The notes beneath the pieces were generated by a model. That model was given only the letters and a program-made list of their open reading frames with translations. It did no database searches and was not told where the DNA came from. The position numbers were made by a program, and so were the translations under genes. Below are positions 1 through 15,810 of a stretch of 64,000 nucleotides of DNA, piece after piece (position 1 is the first letter of the stretch; each line of letters opens with the position of its first letter). The DNA is from Eledone cirrhosa. Its lineage: Eukaryota. The DNA lies in NCBI GenBank assembly GCA_964016885.1, contig OZ024745.1:107260001-107324000 (forward strand). The letters run 5' to 3'.

Positions 1-822
1 ACGTTAACCTTGGTCTTCCTCTTCCGGTGTGTACATGTAGGGGCTCCCACAGGAGCACTGAGTGCAATGTCAACTCCGGATGTCGGCGAGTATGTCCAGC
101 TAACCTCAGTCTCCTCTGTGTCACTTTTGAGCTGACTTTTGGGAGGCTCCCCTACAGCTCTGAGTTTTTCATCCTCAGCATTCTCGTGTAGCACCCATCT
201 ACCATCTGAGTGAGTTTCTTGGTCAGTGTCCAAGTCTCAGACCCGTACAGCAGCACAGACTCCACTACAGCAATGAAGAGGCGAATTTTCAGGTCTTTAT
301 GAAGATCCGACTTCCACACCGATCTCAAGCTATGGAAGGCCGCCCAGGCTTTGCTCTTCCTCTCAGCCACATCATTTTCCGTATTCCCACTATTTGCTCC
401 CATATACAGGAAGTCTACAACCAATTCTAGCGGCTTCCCGCATACATTAGTAACTGTGACTTCTCAACATTCTCTACCTGATATCACTGCTCTATACCAA
501 CACCAAAGCCCAAGTCATTACACCTGATGGGATGACTGAGTTCTTTGAGATACTGACTGGAGAGCTCTAGGGAGATACATTGGCTCCCTACCTTTTTATC
601 ATCGTAGTGGACTATTGTATACGCCTTGCACTGGAGAAACACCAGGACTCTGGCTTTACTGTAGTACCGGCTCAGAGCAGGAGAGTTAATGCGAAAAAGA
701 TATCGGATGCTGAATTTGCCGACGACATAGTTTTGGTGACAAATACAGTGAAGGAGGCAGAGGATTTGATGAAGGAGGTTGAGACTGTGTCGATGAGTGT
801 GGGGCTGAGAATGATTGAGACT

Positions 823-826
<4 letters not shown>
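1..826. mobile_element. RTE-clade LINE fragment with inverted 5' segment (1-480 minus, ~477-826 plus)
   Basis: Minus part translates to RT C-terminal motifs (FLYMGA..VVESVLLYGSETWTLT..DGCYTRMLR). Plus part gives [21 protein letters not shown]. Both match the copy at 18679-19978 at high identity. Confidence 0.9.
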
Positions 827-886
<60 letters not shown>

Positions 887-902
887 GTACATACATATAT
901 AC

Positions 903-955
<53 letters not shown>

Positions 956-1223
956 AGTTAATATAAATTAATATATTTGATAAACACAAATACCAACATA
1001 TTCATGTTTGTATTGTAAATGACCAAGTTAGCTAAATTGAAATATACTAATAATAATAATACATTTTGCCTGTCTCGATTTAAGATAATAAATCAATAAA
1101 AACAAATCATATTGGCAATGGCCGTAGTGCTTGGACAAATTTAAATTTCAAAATCAAACCTGTTGAACGTATATTAACGGCATAAGGTAAGTATATACGT
1201 TCAACAATCTGGCAGGAAGGTAT

Positions 1224-1266
1224 ACGTTCCTGACGATAGCTAATAAGTTTGAAACTAGTACAGCGT
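1224..1266 (+). ncRNA. Putative minimal type-I hammerhead ribozyme
   Basis: acgttc CTGACGA tagct-aata-agttt GAAA ctag TA cagcgt. Stem III is palindromic (ACTAGT); stem I is 5 bp with a C.C mismatch next to the core. Confidence 0.5.
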
Positions 1267-1538
1267 TCCTTTGTCAGTGTTGAACAAACGAGCAACGATG
1301 GTTGCTGGACACTACGGCTTAATACGGGATGTTTGTTTACAAATACACCGAGCATTATAATAAATGTTCAGTGAATCCATACGTACATATATATATGTGT
1401 GTGCATGTATGTATATATATATACATACTACTGTACGTCTGTATACATATATGTATGTACGTGTAATACTTATATTTAAGTAACAGCCGTACTAAGAGGG
1501 GGAAATGAAATTCGTTTCATTTTTTCCGTTTATATATA

Positions 1539-1591
<53 letters not shown>

Positions 1592-1657
1592 GTTATTCCG
1601 GGTTGAATCGGAGGTAACCACAGTAAGTAAGGTACTCAATACATAGCAGAGTATAAC

Positions 1658-1733
<76 letters not shown>

Positions 1734-2221
1734 TATATATATATATATATATATATCGGGAGATACGGGTTTTCTAAATGTAATGTACATTTGTACATTT
1801 ATATTTCTTTATATATTTGTGTTGATGCACATACATTTCTAAATGCCCACATTTCCCACCACACTATCATCATACCTGCCTCGTAACACCTGTTTTTTTT
1901 AAACACCAAACAATGACACTGATGTTTGTGTGAGTGTGTGTGTGTGTGCGTGTGTGCGCGTGTCTGTGTGCGCGTGTGCGCGTGTGTGTGTGCGTGTGTG
2001 TGTGTGTGAGTCACTTTAAAAAGAATTTTCTTTCTCTTTTCCTTCTATTCACTGAAATGACCGCTCCTCTAACATCTGGCATATCTGCTTTTGCTTTTAT
2101 CTTGTTTCTATATTTTTTAATCTTCAATTGATTTGATTCGATTTGCACCCTTTCTTTGTAAAGCCCCACCTCTGATATATGCTAAAACTTTGTTAAAAGA
2201 AAAACATAGATGAGAAATAAC

Positions 2222-2392
2222 TGTTTCTATTTTTAGCACAAGGCCAGCAATTTTCCCAGTGCATTACTGTTACTTTATTTTAACGACCCCGTAAGGATGA
2301 AAGGCAAAGTTATCGTCGGCATGATTTGATCTCAGACTGTAAAGGGACGTAACTTTATGCTGCAAAACATGGTGTCCGACTCTCTACTGATA
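2222..2392 (-). mobile_element. tRNA-derived SINE, family A
   Basis: Reverse complement of the ~190-bp consensus seen more than 12 times in the window (gcctttcatccttacggggtcgataaaataaagtaccag core). Confidence 0.85.
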
Positions 2393-2494
2393 CAAGAAAT
2401 ATCAGTTTCAAAATTGTCTCAAGCAAGAAACAAAATACTAACTACATTTTGTAAAACATTTGATCAATAAAGAATAAGAACAATCCCAAAGTCT

Positions 2495-2668
2495 TGGCAT
2501 TATCGGTAGAGAGTCGGACACCATGCTTTGCAACATAGAATTATGGTCTGAGTTCAAATCCCGCCGAGGTTAACTTTACCTTTCATCCTTTCGGGGTCGA
2601 TAAAATAAGGTACCAGTAATGCACTGGCTAATTGTTGGCCTTGTGCCAAAATTATATACAATTATTAT
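2495..2668 (+). mobile_element. tRNA-derived SINE, family A
   Basis: A-box-like tggcattatcgg, B-box gagttcaaatcc, conserved core, tail gccttgtgcc..acaattatt. Confidence 0.85.
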
Positions 2669-2863
2669 TTTTCAAATGTTTTATTTTACAATACCGTTCA
2701 TTTGAATACACATTGTACATAAAAGAAAAACAGGTAGTGACAAGATATTCCCTCAGATGAATTACAGAAATATAGAAGTAAAATTTGAAAAAACATCCCA
2801 AATGCGCCAACAGACAAAAGAGGGAGAGAACAGTGCATGAGAGCTTAGCGAAAAGTGAAATAT

Positions 2864-2934
<71 letters not shown>

Positions 2935-3050
2935 CAAGATGGATGGTAGATCGTACGTGAATCGCGATGATCACGTCTGACCTACCAAATATGCGACGGT
3001 AGCTAGTTAAGCTCTATGCGTGTATATATATATATATATAGTAATAATAA

Positions 3051-4771
<1,721 letters not shown>

Positions 4772-4920
4772 TGTTGAGTTTTAGGAGGGTCATATTGTTA
4801 TGATATTGCCAGAAATAATAATAAAACACATTCACTGTTTGGTTGGATTGGTTTTCGCTTCTTATTTCCCTGTACTTAATTTAGCTGACAATCAATGTTT
4901 ATCATTGATTGTCGAACGGT

Positions 4921-5069
<149 letters not shown>

Positions 5070-5246
5070 GAATGAAACGAAATTTCATTTCTCACTCTTA
5101 GTACGGCATATATATATGTGTGCATGAATGTATATAACCGATACGTGCATATATACATGTGTGCATGTATGTATATATATACATACTACTGTACGTCTGT
5201 ATACATATATGTATGTACGTATACATACATACATATTCATATATAT

Positions 5247-5360
<114 letters not shown>

Positions 5361-5431
5361 GTCTACCAACACACGATTTTATCAAAAACCTTGCAAAACA
5401 AATTCATCGCTGTATATATGTATACATTATT

Positions 5432-5621
5432 GCGGTGGATTGGCAGTATCGGTAGAGGGTCGGACACCATGCTTTCCAGCATAGTCACGTCCCTTTACGA
5501 TCTGAGTTACAAATCCCGCCGAGGTTGACTTTGCCTTTCATCCTTACGGGGTCGATAAAATAAAGTACCAGTAATGTACTGGGTAATTGCTGGCCTTGTG
5601 CCTAAAGTAGAAACAATTATT
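5432..5621 (+). mobile_element. tRNA-derived SINE, family A (full length)
   Basis: gcggtggattggcagtatcggtagagggtcgg...gtgcctaaagtagaaacaattatt. Confidence 0.9.
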
Positions 5622-8600
5622 GTAATGTATTACAATAATTAACTGGAGAGATTTTCGTGAGATTTTCTATATTATTTAATACATTGCCAACGAGTGCATC
5701 CTTTCTTTTTAATACAGTTGCATCTGAAGGGCTTTGCATCTAATTCTAACCGATCAATCGAGCTGGTAGATTATTCATCGTCAGTTCGAAGATGATATTG
5801 TTTAGCTACCTGTCAAGTCTCATAGAACAGACCTTTGACATCCCCTTTTACTATGATCAGGACAATATATTCTAATTTCCACTTCCTTGAAAAAATGATA
5901 GGATGTGAATTGAGGTATATTTGGCAGCAATGTTTCACAGGTCGAGCGACCATATAGAAGCTCCTTCGTTGACTCGTAGTCATGTTATTGACAGTAACTG
6001 TAGATACATTGCAGTTTAGGTCAGCTCTTGTTACACGAGCTTTTCCAACACGAGCAAACGAGAGAATCTCTACACGAGCAAAGGAAGGAATAGCTACACA
6101 AACGCTTGAAAATAGAAGCCAAATCTCCATCAAAGTACACGTTTTTATCTTTGAAAAAAAATGAGATTATCCAGGGCCTGATATAGACTTGGGGAGACCC
6201 TAATATGTATAAAGATTGCTGACTTCTTGTTAAGATGTTACACCAGAAGTTCTTATAACATCTGGAAACATATATGCCTTTTAATGGCTTTAAGTACCAT
6301 GTGAATTTTGAAATGCTCTGTTGTAGATTGTTTAGCTTATGCCTTAATTCTACACATGGATTGTCGCGCGTGGAACATTTTTGATCATGTGTCTAGCTGG
6401 TTTGGTATCAGTTCAAATAAAATGTTTTCCCTTGTTAATGCTGAGAAACACAGCGAAATTACGTCGCATCCTAGTTTTCAAGTGTCACTTCATATTAAAC
6501 ACCAATTAATAAACACACTGTCAACTGATAATGACTGAGAAACATTGTAAACAGGCGTATTTACAATAACAACATAATTGTACATAGTTGTACATTTATT
6601 TTATGTTACTAATGTAAGAGACTATCACTGTTCAGCTGGGTTGCTGCTATCGAAAGCAAAACTATCTATCTGAGTTATGGAACAGTACAAAACTCATAAC
6701 ATAACATTTTATAGATGACTAAAAGTAGTTTGTAGGTAATAATACATGTTAAGGCAATACATTCTGAACACAGACAAGGCTGCGTGATTGAGGGTGAATG
6801 TTTATTGGCCTAGAGAGAGAGGGGGTGTTAAATGAGTGAGATATGTAGTGGAATATATAGAGGGGGAGAGAATTTGGTGGTCTAGTGAGAGAGGGGGAGT
6901 TGTGAGAGTGTGTGTTGTATGTAGTGGGATATAGAGAGCTGGAAACAATTTGTTGTTTTAGTGAGAGTGGGGAAATTAAGAGAGTGAAGGAAAGTGACAT
7001 ATGTAGTGGAATTTAGAGAGGAGGAGAGAATTTGGTGGGCTAGTAAGAGAGTGGAAGTTCTGAGAGAGTGTGAGGTATCCAGTGCGTTATAGAGATTGGG
7101 AGATAGATTGGAGGTCTAATGAGAGACGGGCATTTGAGAGAAGGTGAGGTATGTAATTGTATAGAATGACGCGAAGCAAATGCTGTTGTAGATCACAGTA
7201 AGAAAAAAAATAACCTTGTAATATCAATGCCAACTCAGTTTGCCGCTTCATAACTGTAAGCCGTCATACACCATGGTAAGACCACAGTTTATGCTGATAG
7301 AGATAAGCTGATGATTCAGTTATGAGTGAAAGATGTAAAGCAGCAATGCTCAGCATATATACTTGTAAAATCACACGTCCAAGAACAGCAAGAACGGCAT
7401 GTGAGCTCCTAGTCTGACGTGTTATGAAATAATATAGGAATTGGGCACATGGGGAAAATGTTGCGAAATTCATCTGGTAGAATAAATTGAGTTGAATTAT
7501 TTGTAAACAGGATTCTAACATACGTGTTATTTATTTCGAGGTAAGTAGTCTCGAAGTAAAGAATACACGTGGCAGTTTTATTGTAATATTTTTCTTATAA
7601 ATGCTGTTGTTATTATTATTTGTGCTTGCTGCTGCTGCATTGTTTATGTGACACTCGACTAATCTGGATATAGCTCCTGCTAATTCAAGATCCTGTTGAG
7701 CTTCGCAACGTACAATTAAGTTCCAGAAGAATGTGTTTGAAAGTGAAGAAAATTGTTATTGCAAGTGAAATTAACTTGATGAAAAGGCTCTGCTCAACAT
7801 TGATCGAGTAGGCCTAAGGTCAAAGGCATTCCGGTGCTGACTTTGCCGTTGTTTTAAAGTTTTAAAGGATGAAGAAAATACAGAATTTCTGATAGAGGAT
7901 GACCAGTTTCTTTAATTATTTATTATTAGTTGTGTGTGTGGGTGAATTGCATATTTGATGGATACACATCAGTTTGTAGAGAGAAAGCGAGATTTTAAAA
8001 TTCATGTCGTCTTCAAACTCATTTTCTATGTCAGCAGTATGGTTTCTTATTGAAATCTGAAACGGTCAACGTACGCATGATTTTATTTTATGTCTTTCTA
8101 CTGCAGTTCATCCTCATAAATCCCACTACATTCACCAGATGTGTTAAACTCAACTTTGCAACTATAGAGACCAGAAGTGTTAAACTCAGCTCTCTAAACT
8201 AACGAAATACTACTTGCATATACAAAGTTATATTGATGAGTTTTTGCTATTGCTATTATTTACCTCTGATTGAGCAAACTTATAACGAAAACTATTCTAA
8301 CCGTAACCACCCTAATTTTCCCGTCACTGTATATACACCTCACAATATTATCTAATATGACTTTCTCTTTTGAGATGGTAGAAAAATATAGCCATTATTT
8401 CTAGCAGGGTAAGATTTCAAAACCATAAATGATGCAAAGTAAAGGTTAATCTTTCGGTTGTTGTTATTTCAATTTTGTTTGACATAAAATGCATGAAATT
8501 GACTCATTCCAAAAATCATAGAAACCATGTCTAAACAGAACATTCTAGTAAGGAACCACCCGTGTGAATAACGTATAACATCTTTATGACTATATGAGAA

Positions 8601-10339
8601 ATAGAAACCGTAAATATTTTATCTGTGAATACATTAAATTATATTTTGAGTATATTTATAGAAGGGATAATAATATTTCATTTGTTAGTCACTTATTTAT
8701 TAAATGTCAACGTTTATCGCTATTTTTTAATACATTGTGTAATAAATTTTGTAGACAAAGACGAGGATATGTTTGAAAATTCCGTCTAGATACCTAAGTT
8801 ACATTTTCGATAGAGGTCTGAATACATTAAAGCAAATTTATTGAAAAAGTATAGGTAATATGCCTCACCAGTATACTGATAATATTTTATTAGATATTGG
8901 TTAATAAACATAAAATCTGTGAGCATGAGTAACAAATCAGGTTGTAGATTAATGTCATTTTTTTCTTTAGTAGAATACTTAAGAACAGATAGATTATATC
9001 TTATAGATAAGATGTCATATCGAAATCTTAAAGCAGGGATGTTACTTGAATATCAATTTGTAGCCGTATTCTTAACATTCAGATTTAACTTATAACATTG
9101 TAGTTCGAACTATAGTGGAAGAATTCTGATAATTTGACATAATAAAATGAAGCTCATTTACTCCCCAAAATAGTTGTTATTAGCCGAAGCAATGAATATC
9201 CATTAATATCCTTTACTCCTACCCTCTCTCTCAATTAAATATGGCCCTATGCTTGAATATCAATCTTAATTGATTTTAAGGTAGTCAAGTAGCTAAAAGA
9301 TAATGAAATCCGGACATGCTGTTTCCACTCTATCTATACTCATGAAAAATAGATTTAGTTAGAAGAATAGATAAAATCTGGACAATATGCCTAGTGGTAC
9401 TTCGAAACATTCCATTAAATTCTGAGTTAATATATGCTATTATTCGGTGATCAATTAAGTAGTAATGAAATAATGAAGCCGATATAAAGGATTACAATCC
9501 ATATCAAAATTTCTAGCTGTATTTCTATTTTGGAAATCATTATTATAGTATTTATGTGAGATCAGCTGAGTTAAAATCCTCGAGGTTGAATCTTTCTATC
9601 ATTCTCTACATACGACTGAACCATTTTATTTTTGCAGTTATAGATATAACATTTAAAACACTTCCTCTAAGAGGGAATTATTGAATCTATAAGTGGATAT
9701 AATTTCTATTGGTAATAGAAGAAATTATGTTTTGATAGGAGGAGATAGAGAGGGAGAGAGAGAGGGGGAGATAGAGAGGGAGGGAGGGAGAGAAAGAGAT
9801 AAAGAGATGCATATAGAAGGAGATATAGACAGAGAGAGAGAGAGAGAGAGAGAGAGGGAATAAGATGGAAAGAGAGAATCACAGCAGCAGTAAATAAAAG
9901 TTCATATTTCAAAGTGAGGCTGTGTCGAATATAATGTAAATACAATTTAAAAAAAAACACCTGCAACATACAAACGACACAGAATCGAGGAATTATTATA
10001 TTTTCTGTAGCTTCAAAAGACAGGAATATTCTTCCTAAGCAGTGGCACTAAAAGAGCATAGTTTATGTTTATATATATATATATATTTCTTTGTTTAGAG
10101 TGAGAATATCATTATCTAATATAGAAATAAACATATTATAAGAGGTTATAAAATGATGGAAATATGAACAAAAACATAAAAACACAATTAAGTAATGCAA
10201 AAAATGGGGAAAGAGGTAAAGAAGGGCAGGTATGGCTGTATAGGAAAGTAGAAGAAAGAACAATAATGCCATAAAGGGGAGGAAAATGAAGGAGAGAGTA
10301 AGAAATATTAGAACTCGGAAGAAGGAGAGGGGGAAAGTG

Positions 10340-10605
10340 AGAGTGTGCCAGGCTCTATGCCCAGGGAGGGGCAGTGTTTCAGCTGCGTCCCACGGACAAA
10401 ACTGCAAAGGTATTTCCGCGGACAATGGCCTGCGACACCCGCTGCAACAGCCACGCCACCTCGTGGGGCTCCTTCCTCAGATGGGCTGCTAACGTACGGA
10501 TTTTAAGGTGTCCGGCTGTACGGCGTCCAAGGACACCTGAGGTCTTGACGGCGATCGGTGCGAAGAGTAAGCAGCAGAGCAAACCCCGGTATTTGCTTGT
10601 CTTCC
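10340..10605 (-). mobile_element. 3' fragment of CRE-like non-LTR retrotransposon (restriction-like endonuclease C-terminus)
   Basis: Minus ORF reads KTSKYRGL..FAPIAVKTSGVLG..LLQRVSQAIVRGNTFAVL, matching the K..KY..F.P.A.Et.G..G / QR.S.A..RGNa pattern of CRE-clade RLE tails. A paralogue lies at 50340-50590. Confidence 0.7.
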
Positions 10606-10878
10606 TATATATATATATATAAATGGGTTGATACATTTTGTTTTACTTATTATGATAAATTACCCTATTTTGAGCTGTGTTTAACCTCTCCACATATGGT
10701 TATAATTGTTTATATTGTTTTTGTGAAAAGCGATATATATATTTCTTATATATGTATATATATGTATACAAATATATTACCCAAATAGAAGTGTGTTACA
10801 CATTGAGATGTGTGTAAAGAATTATTACAAGTGATTTTTACTACTGTGAACTGCGAAATGCTCTTAATTCCGATACTA

Positions 10879-10921
<43 letters not shown>

Positions 10922-11798
10922 CAGCAACCGTCCAAAATGTTTTACCTATTCATGAGATATGACATTGTTAGCAAACCTATTCATAAATGCCCTCCGTTGG
11001 GAGAATTAACCCGAGAAACATATCAAATAAACATCTAAACCAAAATCTGTTTATACTTTCGAAAATAAGAAATACTTATGAAGCAATCAATCCAGTAAAA
11101 AAATCTAGTGGAAATACAAAAAATGCAACTTTGCTTTATGGAGCAGGGAATAAAACGAATGGTTGTTGTTGAGTGCAATGGCCTAGCAGATGCAAATATT
11201 TCTACTTAAGATGTGGAAAATGAAAACTTCTATGATGACATAATGTAGGACATACATCTCTTGTTCACTGACTAAATGTTTTCCTTTGTGCCTTTTATCA
11301 TCGGTTTAATATGTTATGTAACAACAGATTTACATAAAGACGTAGAGATGTACGAATTCTCCGCAAGTGATAAAAATGCAACCCGATTCTTATCCTCCAA
11401 ATCCAATGTATTGATGGCAGTGAAGATTTGTAAAAAACTTAAATGATTCTCCATTTGATTTCCCTAGAATGAACATATGTACATGCTATCTTATGTACAT
11501 ACACCAAACACACAGAGTAATCATACTTGGGTACTAAAGTGACATGTACATGCATCACATAAGGGCCAGTAATTCCTATATATACCAACATATATGCACT
11601 CGTATTCTCAAATCCCTCAAACTGCCTTGACTCCAATAAAAAGGTGTTGTCACTTATTTAGTGACAAGAAACAGAATACATTTCAAAACAAAACATACAT
11701 ACAAGGCGCCGTAGAGGACAATAAAAACATATATTTGAATACTTTTTCTTACAATTATTCCAAAATTTCACGTAACTGGGCTTTTTCTCGTATGTATG

Positions 11799-11869
<71 letters not shown>

Positions 11870-12023
11870 TTGAAGACTTGAATCCAAAGAGCGCTCGATA
11901 AGGATATATATCAAATATATAAGAACCGTAGAGCAAATATTTATTAAAATAACAGATTAAAGTTTAAGAAAAGAATCGCTGCTTTCACCCTTAACAGGAT
12001 CTTCTGAGACTAAAAAAATCAAT

Positions 12024-13334
12024 GCATCAAGGAACATTGCGGTTTTATCCAATTCGACATTAATAATTACTACTCCTCCATGACTTTACCACTTCTTCTT
12101 AGAGCTATCAATTTCGCTAAAACACTCACAGTGGTTAAGGATTTCAAAGTTGATGCCATCCTCAATGCCCGTAAGTCGGTGATTAATTTCGACGACTCTA
12201 TTTGGATTAAAAAATCTAATAGTACCTCATTCGACGTGAGTATGGGCGCCAGGAATTCTGAGGAGGTTACTGATCTTATCAGCCCTTTTCCTTCTTTTCT
12301 CTATCAAGGAAGAATTCCCCAACGTGGGCGGTGGTTTGTACCGTGATGACGGTCTTTTGACCATGACAAAGTGCGGCCCACGTGCTTGCGAAAGGTTCAG
12401 AAAAGAACTCACAGCCTTCTGTAAAGGCTTCAACCTCTCCATACAGGTTGAGGCCAACCTCTCGGTCGTTAATTACCATCCTGCCAGCATAACCTGGTAA
12501 GAAACGTTTCTTTGAGGCTTTCCCGTCTATCTACAAACGAGCATATTTTCAACGACCATTCCACATATTACAATGAAGCTCTTGCTTGGAGTGGATTTGT
12601 CGATAAGGTAGCATATACAGAGTATGAGAATAGACCTAGAAGAAATAGATCCCAACGCATTATATGGTATAACCCACCATATAATATGGAGGTGGCCACA
12701 CCATTAGCTAAGATTTTTCTCTCCCTTATCATGAAGCATTTCCCCCCAGCACATAAATATAGTAACATTTTTAATAGAAATACCATTAAAATTTCTTACT
12801 CTACGACCCCTAACCTTGCACATAACATCACAGCTTCAAATTTAGCTAATTACCTAGCCGCAGGAACAAGTGCAACCCTATAGCTAGTACTAACTGTAAT
12901 TGTAGGAATCGGGTTGACTGCCCCCTATCCGGGAAATGCCTCTCTAGTAACATTGTCTACAACTGTAAGGTTGAAACACCCACGTCCCGTAGGGCCTACA
13001 TAGGGTTAACCGCCAATAGATTCAAGCAGCGTCTTTACATGCATACCCATTCTTTTCTTAACCCTTTAAGAAGGAATATGACGTCACTTTCAGCTTATAT
13101 CTGGAGTCTAAAAGACAACCACACCCATATAAGTTACACTGGGAGATCCTAGCTGAGGCTAGATCGTATAACGGAAATAAAAGACCATGTGACCTCTGCG
13201 GCGCTGAAGCCCTGGAAATACTCTACGCCAAGGACCACATCTTAAACAAAAAATCTGAGGCAATTTCGGCTTGTAAACATAAATTGCACAAAACCTTCCT
13301 GTATTACAACCCCACATTATACCCTAACGGATAA
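12024..13334 (+). pseudogene. PLE RT + GIY-YIG endonuclease pseudo-ORF (frameshifts, internal deletion near 12478)
   Basis: Motifs are spread over several frames; C-terminal CDLC..E..ILNKKSE..CKH then a stop near 13334. Confidence 0.88.
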
Positions 13335-14108
13335 TACGAACTATACGCGGATATTTTACGACTTGATTTGGTAGCTAAGTATACGTTATGTTTATACCAT
13401 TACTTATTTGTATAGGTAAGTATATATTACCTGTATGTTTTGTGAAGGTACGTATACTTTCTCGTACGTATACTTGCTTGTATATGTTATGGGCGTATAT
13501 ATTATATTATATATACTGGTACATGTGCATATTGTCATGTGTATACGTGAGTTTTGCGTCTGTGTGAGTAAGCAGGTTCGTACGTATGTAGGGTTTGTTT
13601 ATATGTGTACTTTGTGTTTTGGTTGACGTACGTTTAGCGAACAAATGTGTATTTACATGTAGGTATGTGTGTGCGCGCGTTATATACGTATTTATGTGTG
13701 TATATATATATACGTTTATATAATTATATGTATACACGCACGCACACACACATATATATATATTTTTATATATATTTTTATGTGTATTTGGTGTATACCT
13801 TCGTATCTGTGCGGGTACAGGCATTGCCTGGGTTTTGTGTATGCGTGCGTGTTTTTTTGTGTACGTGCTTGTATTTGTATACCCATGGCGGGTGTTTTCG
13901 CGTATGGATGTGTATGTACGTATATGGATGCGTGCATGTATATATTTATTTTTTGTTCATTGCTATTACCTCTGTAATTTATTTACATTATTCTTAACTC
14001 TGAAGCCGAGAATCATTCGGTTTCCTAAATAGAATTTTAGTCTACGACTTCATTTATACCATAGATGTGGTTTTGTCTTTGCGTGTAATTGTTTTCACCG
14101 CTCCAAAT

Positions 14109-14296
14109 AATTGTTTCCATTTTTGGCACAAGACCAGCAATTGCCCAGTGCATTACTGGTACTTTATTTTATCGACCCCGTAAGGATGAAAGGCAAAGTT
14201 AACCTCGGCGGGATTTGAACTCAGAATGGAAAGGGCCATAACTCTTTGCGTCAAAGCATGGCGTCCGACCCTCTACCGATACTGCCAATCCACCGC
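14109..14296 (-). mobile_element. SINE family A nested in PLE pLTR with target-site duplication
   Basis: ctccaaataat is duplicated at 14101 and 14296. The pLTR copy near 4425 shows the empty site (caccgctccaaataatgac). Confidence 0.9.
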
Positions 14297-14628
14297 TCCA
14301 AATAATGACGTATTATCTTTGTTTTTTTTTCGTTCTATGCCAGGGAACGTTTCCACAAACCAAAGTATCGTCTTCCTGTCTTCCTTCGGTTGCAGCGTTT
14401 TTTGAAATATTTACATCTGCGTTCACAGACTGATTTTTTTTTAGTTTCCGAAGATCCCGTTAAGAGTGAAAGCAGCGATTCTTTGCTTAAACTTTAATCT
14501 GTTATTTTAATAAATATATATATATATATATATATTTATGTGTGTGTGTGTGTTTGTGTGTCTGTGTGTGTGTGTGTTTATGTATATACGAGGTACACTT
14601 TTTTCTCATCAAATCGGTGTATATTAAA

Positions 14629-15810
14629 CTAGCAGCAGTACCCAGTGTTGCCTAGGTAGTTAAAATAATATATGCTTTGATGAAAAGGTGTTGATCTTAG
14701 CGACTGCTTCTCGATTACTCATCTATGGCCACACACAGGCCCCGCGGGGCAGGGTGGTGATGCCCTCTATCACTGAGAAACGCGGGTGACTGACGAAGAG
14801 GCATGCTGTGGCAGGGAGGTAATGACCTCTAGCACTAAGTCAAATTTCCTCACGCTCCTTCATTGGAAACCGATGAATTCTCGAATACACAACTAAAAGC
14901 TCAGACGACGTCAGTGGCCATCGTTTTGCCTTTGACCATCTATAAGATGTGCAATGATAGGTTCTATCGTAGTATAAAAGTTGAACCAAATAAATTGATT
15001 TATGTGTGAGGAGGAGCCGAAGTTTCGACTTTGAACGAAGTCAGTTGAAAAATGTGGGAGCTAATGATAGGTCGCCGTCCCTGAACAAAAAATGCAAATT
15101 GTAAAGCTACTATAAGATGTATAATGATAGGCTCTATCGTAGTAGAAAAGGTGAATCAAATAAATTGATTTATGTGTGAGGAGGAGCCGAAGTTTCGAAT
15201 TTGAACGAAATCGGTTGAAAAATGTGGGAGCTAGAGTCGAAATGGCGGAAATTTGAGCGAAAAGGTGGTATTTTCGAATATTTAAGCGGCTGCCACCTCG
15301 TTCCTGAACAGAAAATCCAAAATCTAAAGCCACTTTCAGACGTGAAATAATCAGATCTAGCATAGTATAAAATTTGAACAAAGTAGATTGATTAATGTGG
15401 GAGCTAGAGCCGAAAAAGTGGAAATTTGAGTCTAAAAGTGGTATTTTTGAATATTTAAGCGGATGCCACGCCGTCCCTGAACAACAAATGCAAAATATAA
15501 AGCCATTACAGGATGTGCAATGATAAATTCTACTTTGCTTTAAAATTTGAACGAAATCGGTGGCAAAATGTGGGAGCTAGAGCCAAAAATCTTATTTTTC
15601 GACACCTAAAAAAGGTAACTCCCCTATCGAATTTTATCTGCAGAATGACCCCGGAATAAAAAAAACAATACGCTGATATATAGAAAACACTCCCCGATGA
15701 CTAATCTATGAGCCTGTAAAGTTTCATGAAAATCGGTTGTAAGATGTAGGCCCCTATAGGTAATCCACAGACATACAGACACACACACATACTTAATTTT
15801 ATATATATAC
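14629..15810 (-). mobile_element. Non-autonomous Helitron-like element with ~172-bp internal subrepeats
   Basis: Minus-strand 3' end is a hairpin (cctag-gcaaca-ctggg) followed by CTAG at 14629. The 5' region has tgtctgtatgtctg..aaccgattttcatgaaactt. aatgtgggagcta recurs near 15050, 15220, 15394 and 15567. Confidence 0.6.

Larger units (their letters stand above)
11865..14517 (+). mobile_element. Penelope-like retroelement (EN+), decayed, with short inverted pLTR at 5' end
   Basis: RT motifs FIQFDINNYYSS, FDVSMG, GLYRDDGL and WYNPPY..IFNRNTIKISYS. Zn-knuckle CNC..CPLSGKC and GIY-YIG IVY..YIGLT..FKQR. pLTR at ~13980-14517; inverted pLTR piece at 11865-12023. Confidence 0.92.

Noticed and set aside
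5432-5521. SINE heads as functional tRNA genes
   Set aside because: They have A/B boxes but no complete cloverleaf, and always continue into the SINE core and tail.
7303-7345. CTGATGA ttca-gtta-tgagt GAAA as a hammerhead
   Set aside because: No stem I pairing and stem III does not form.
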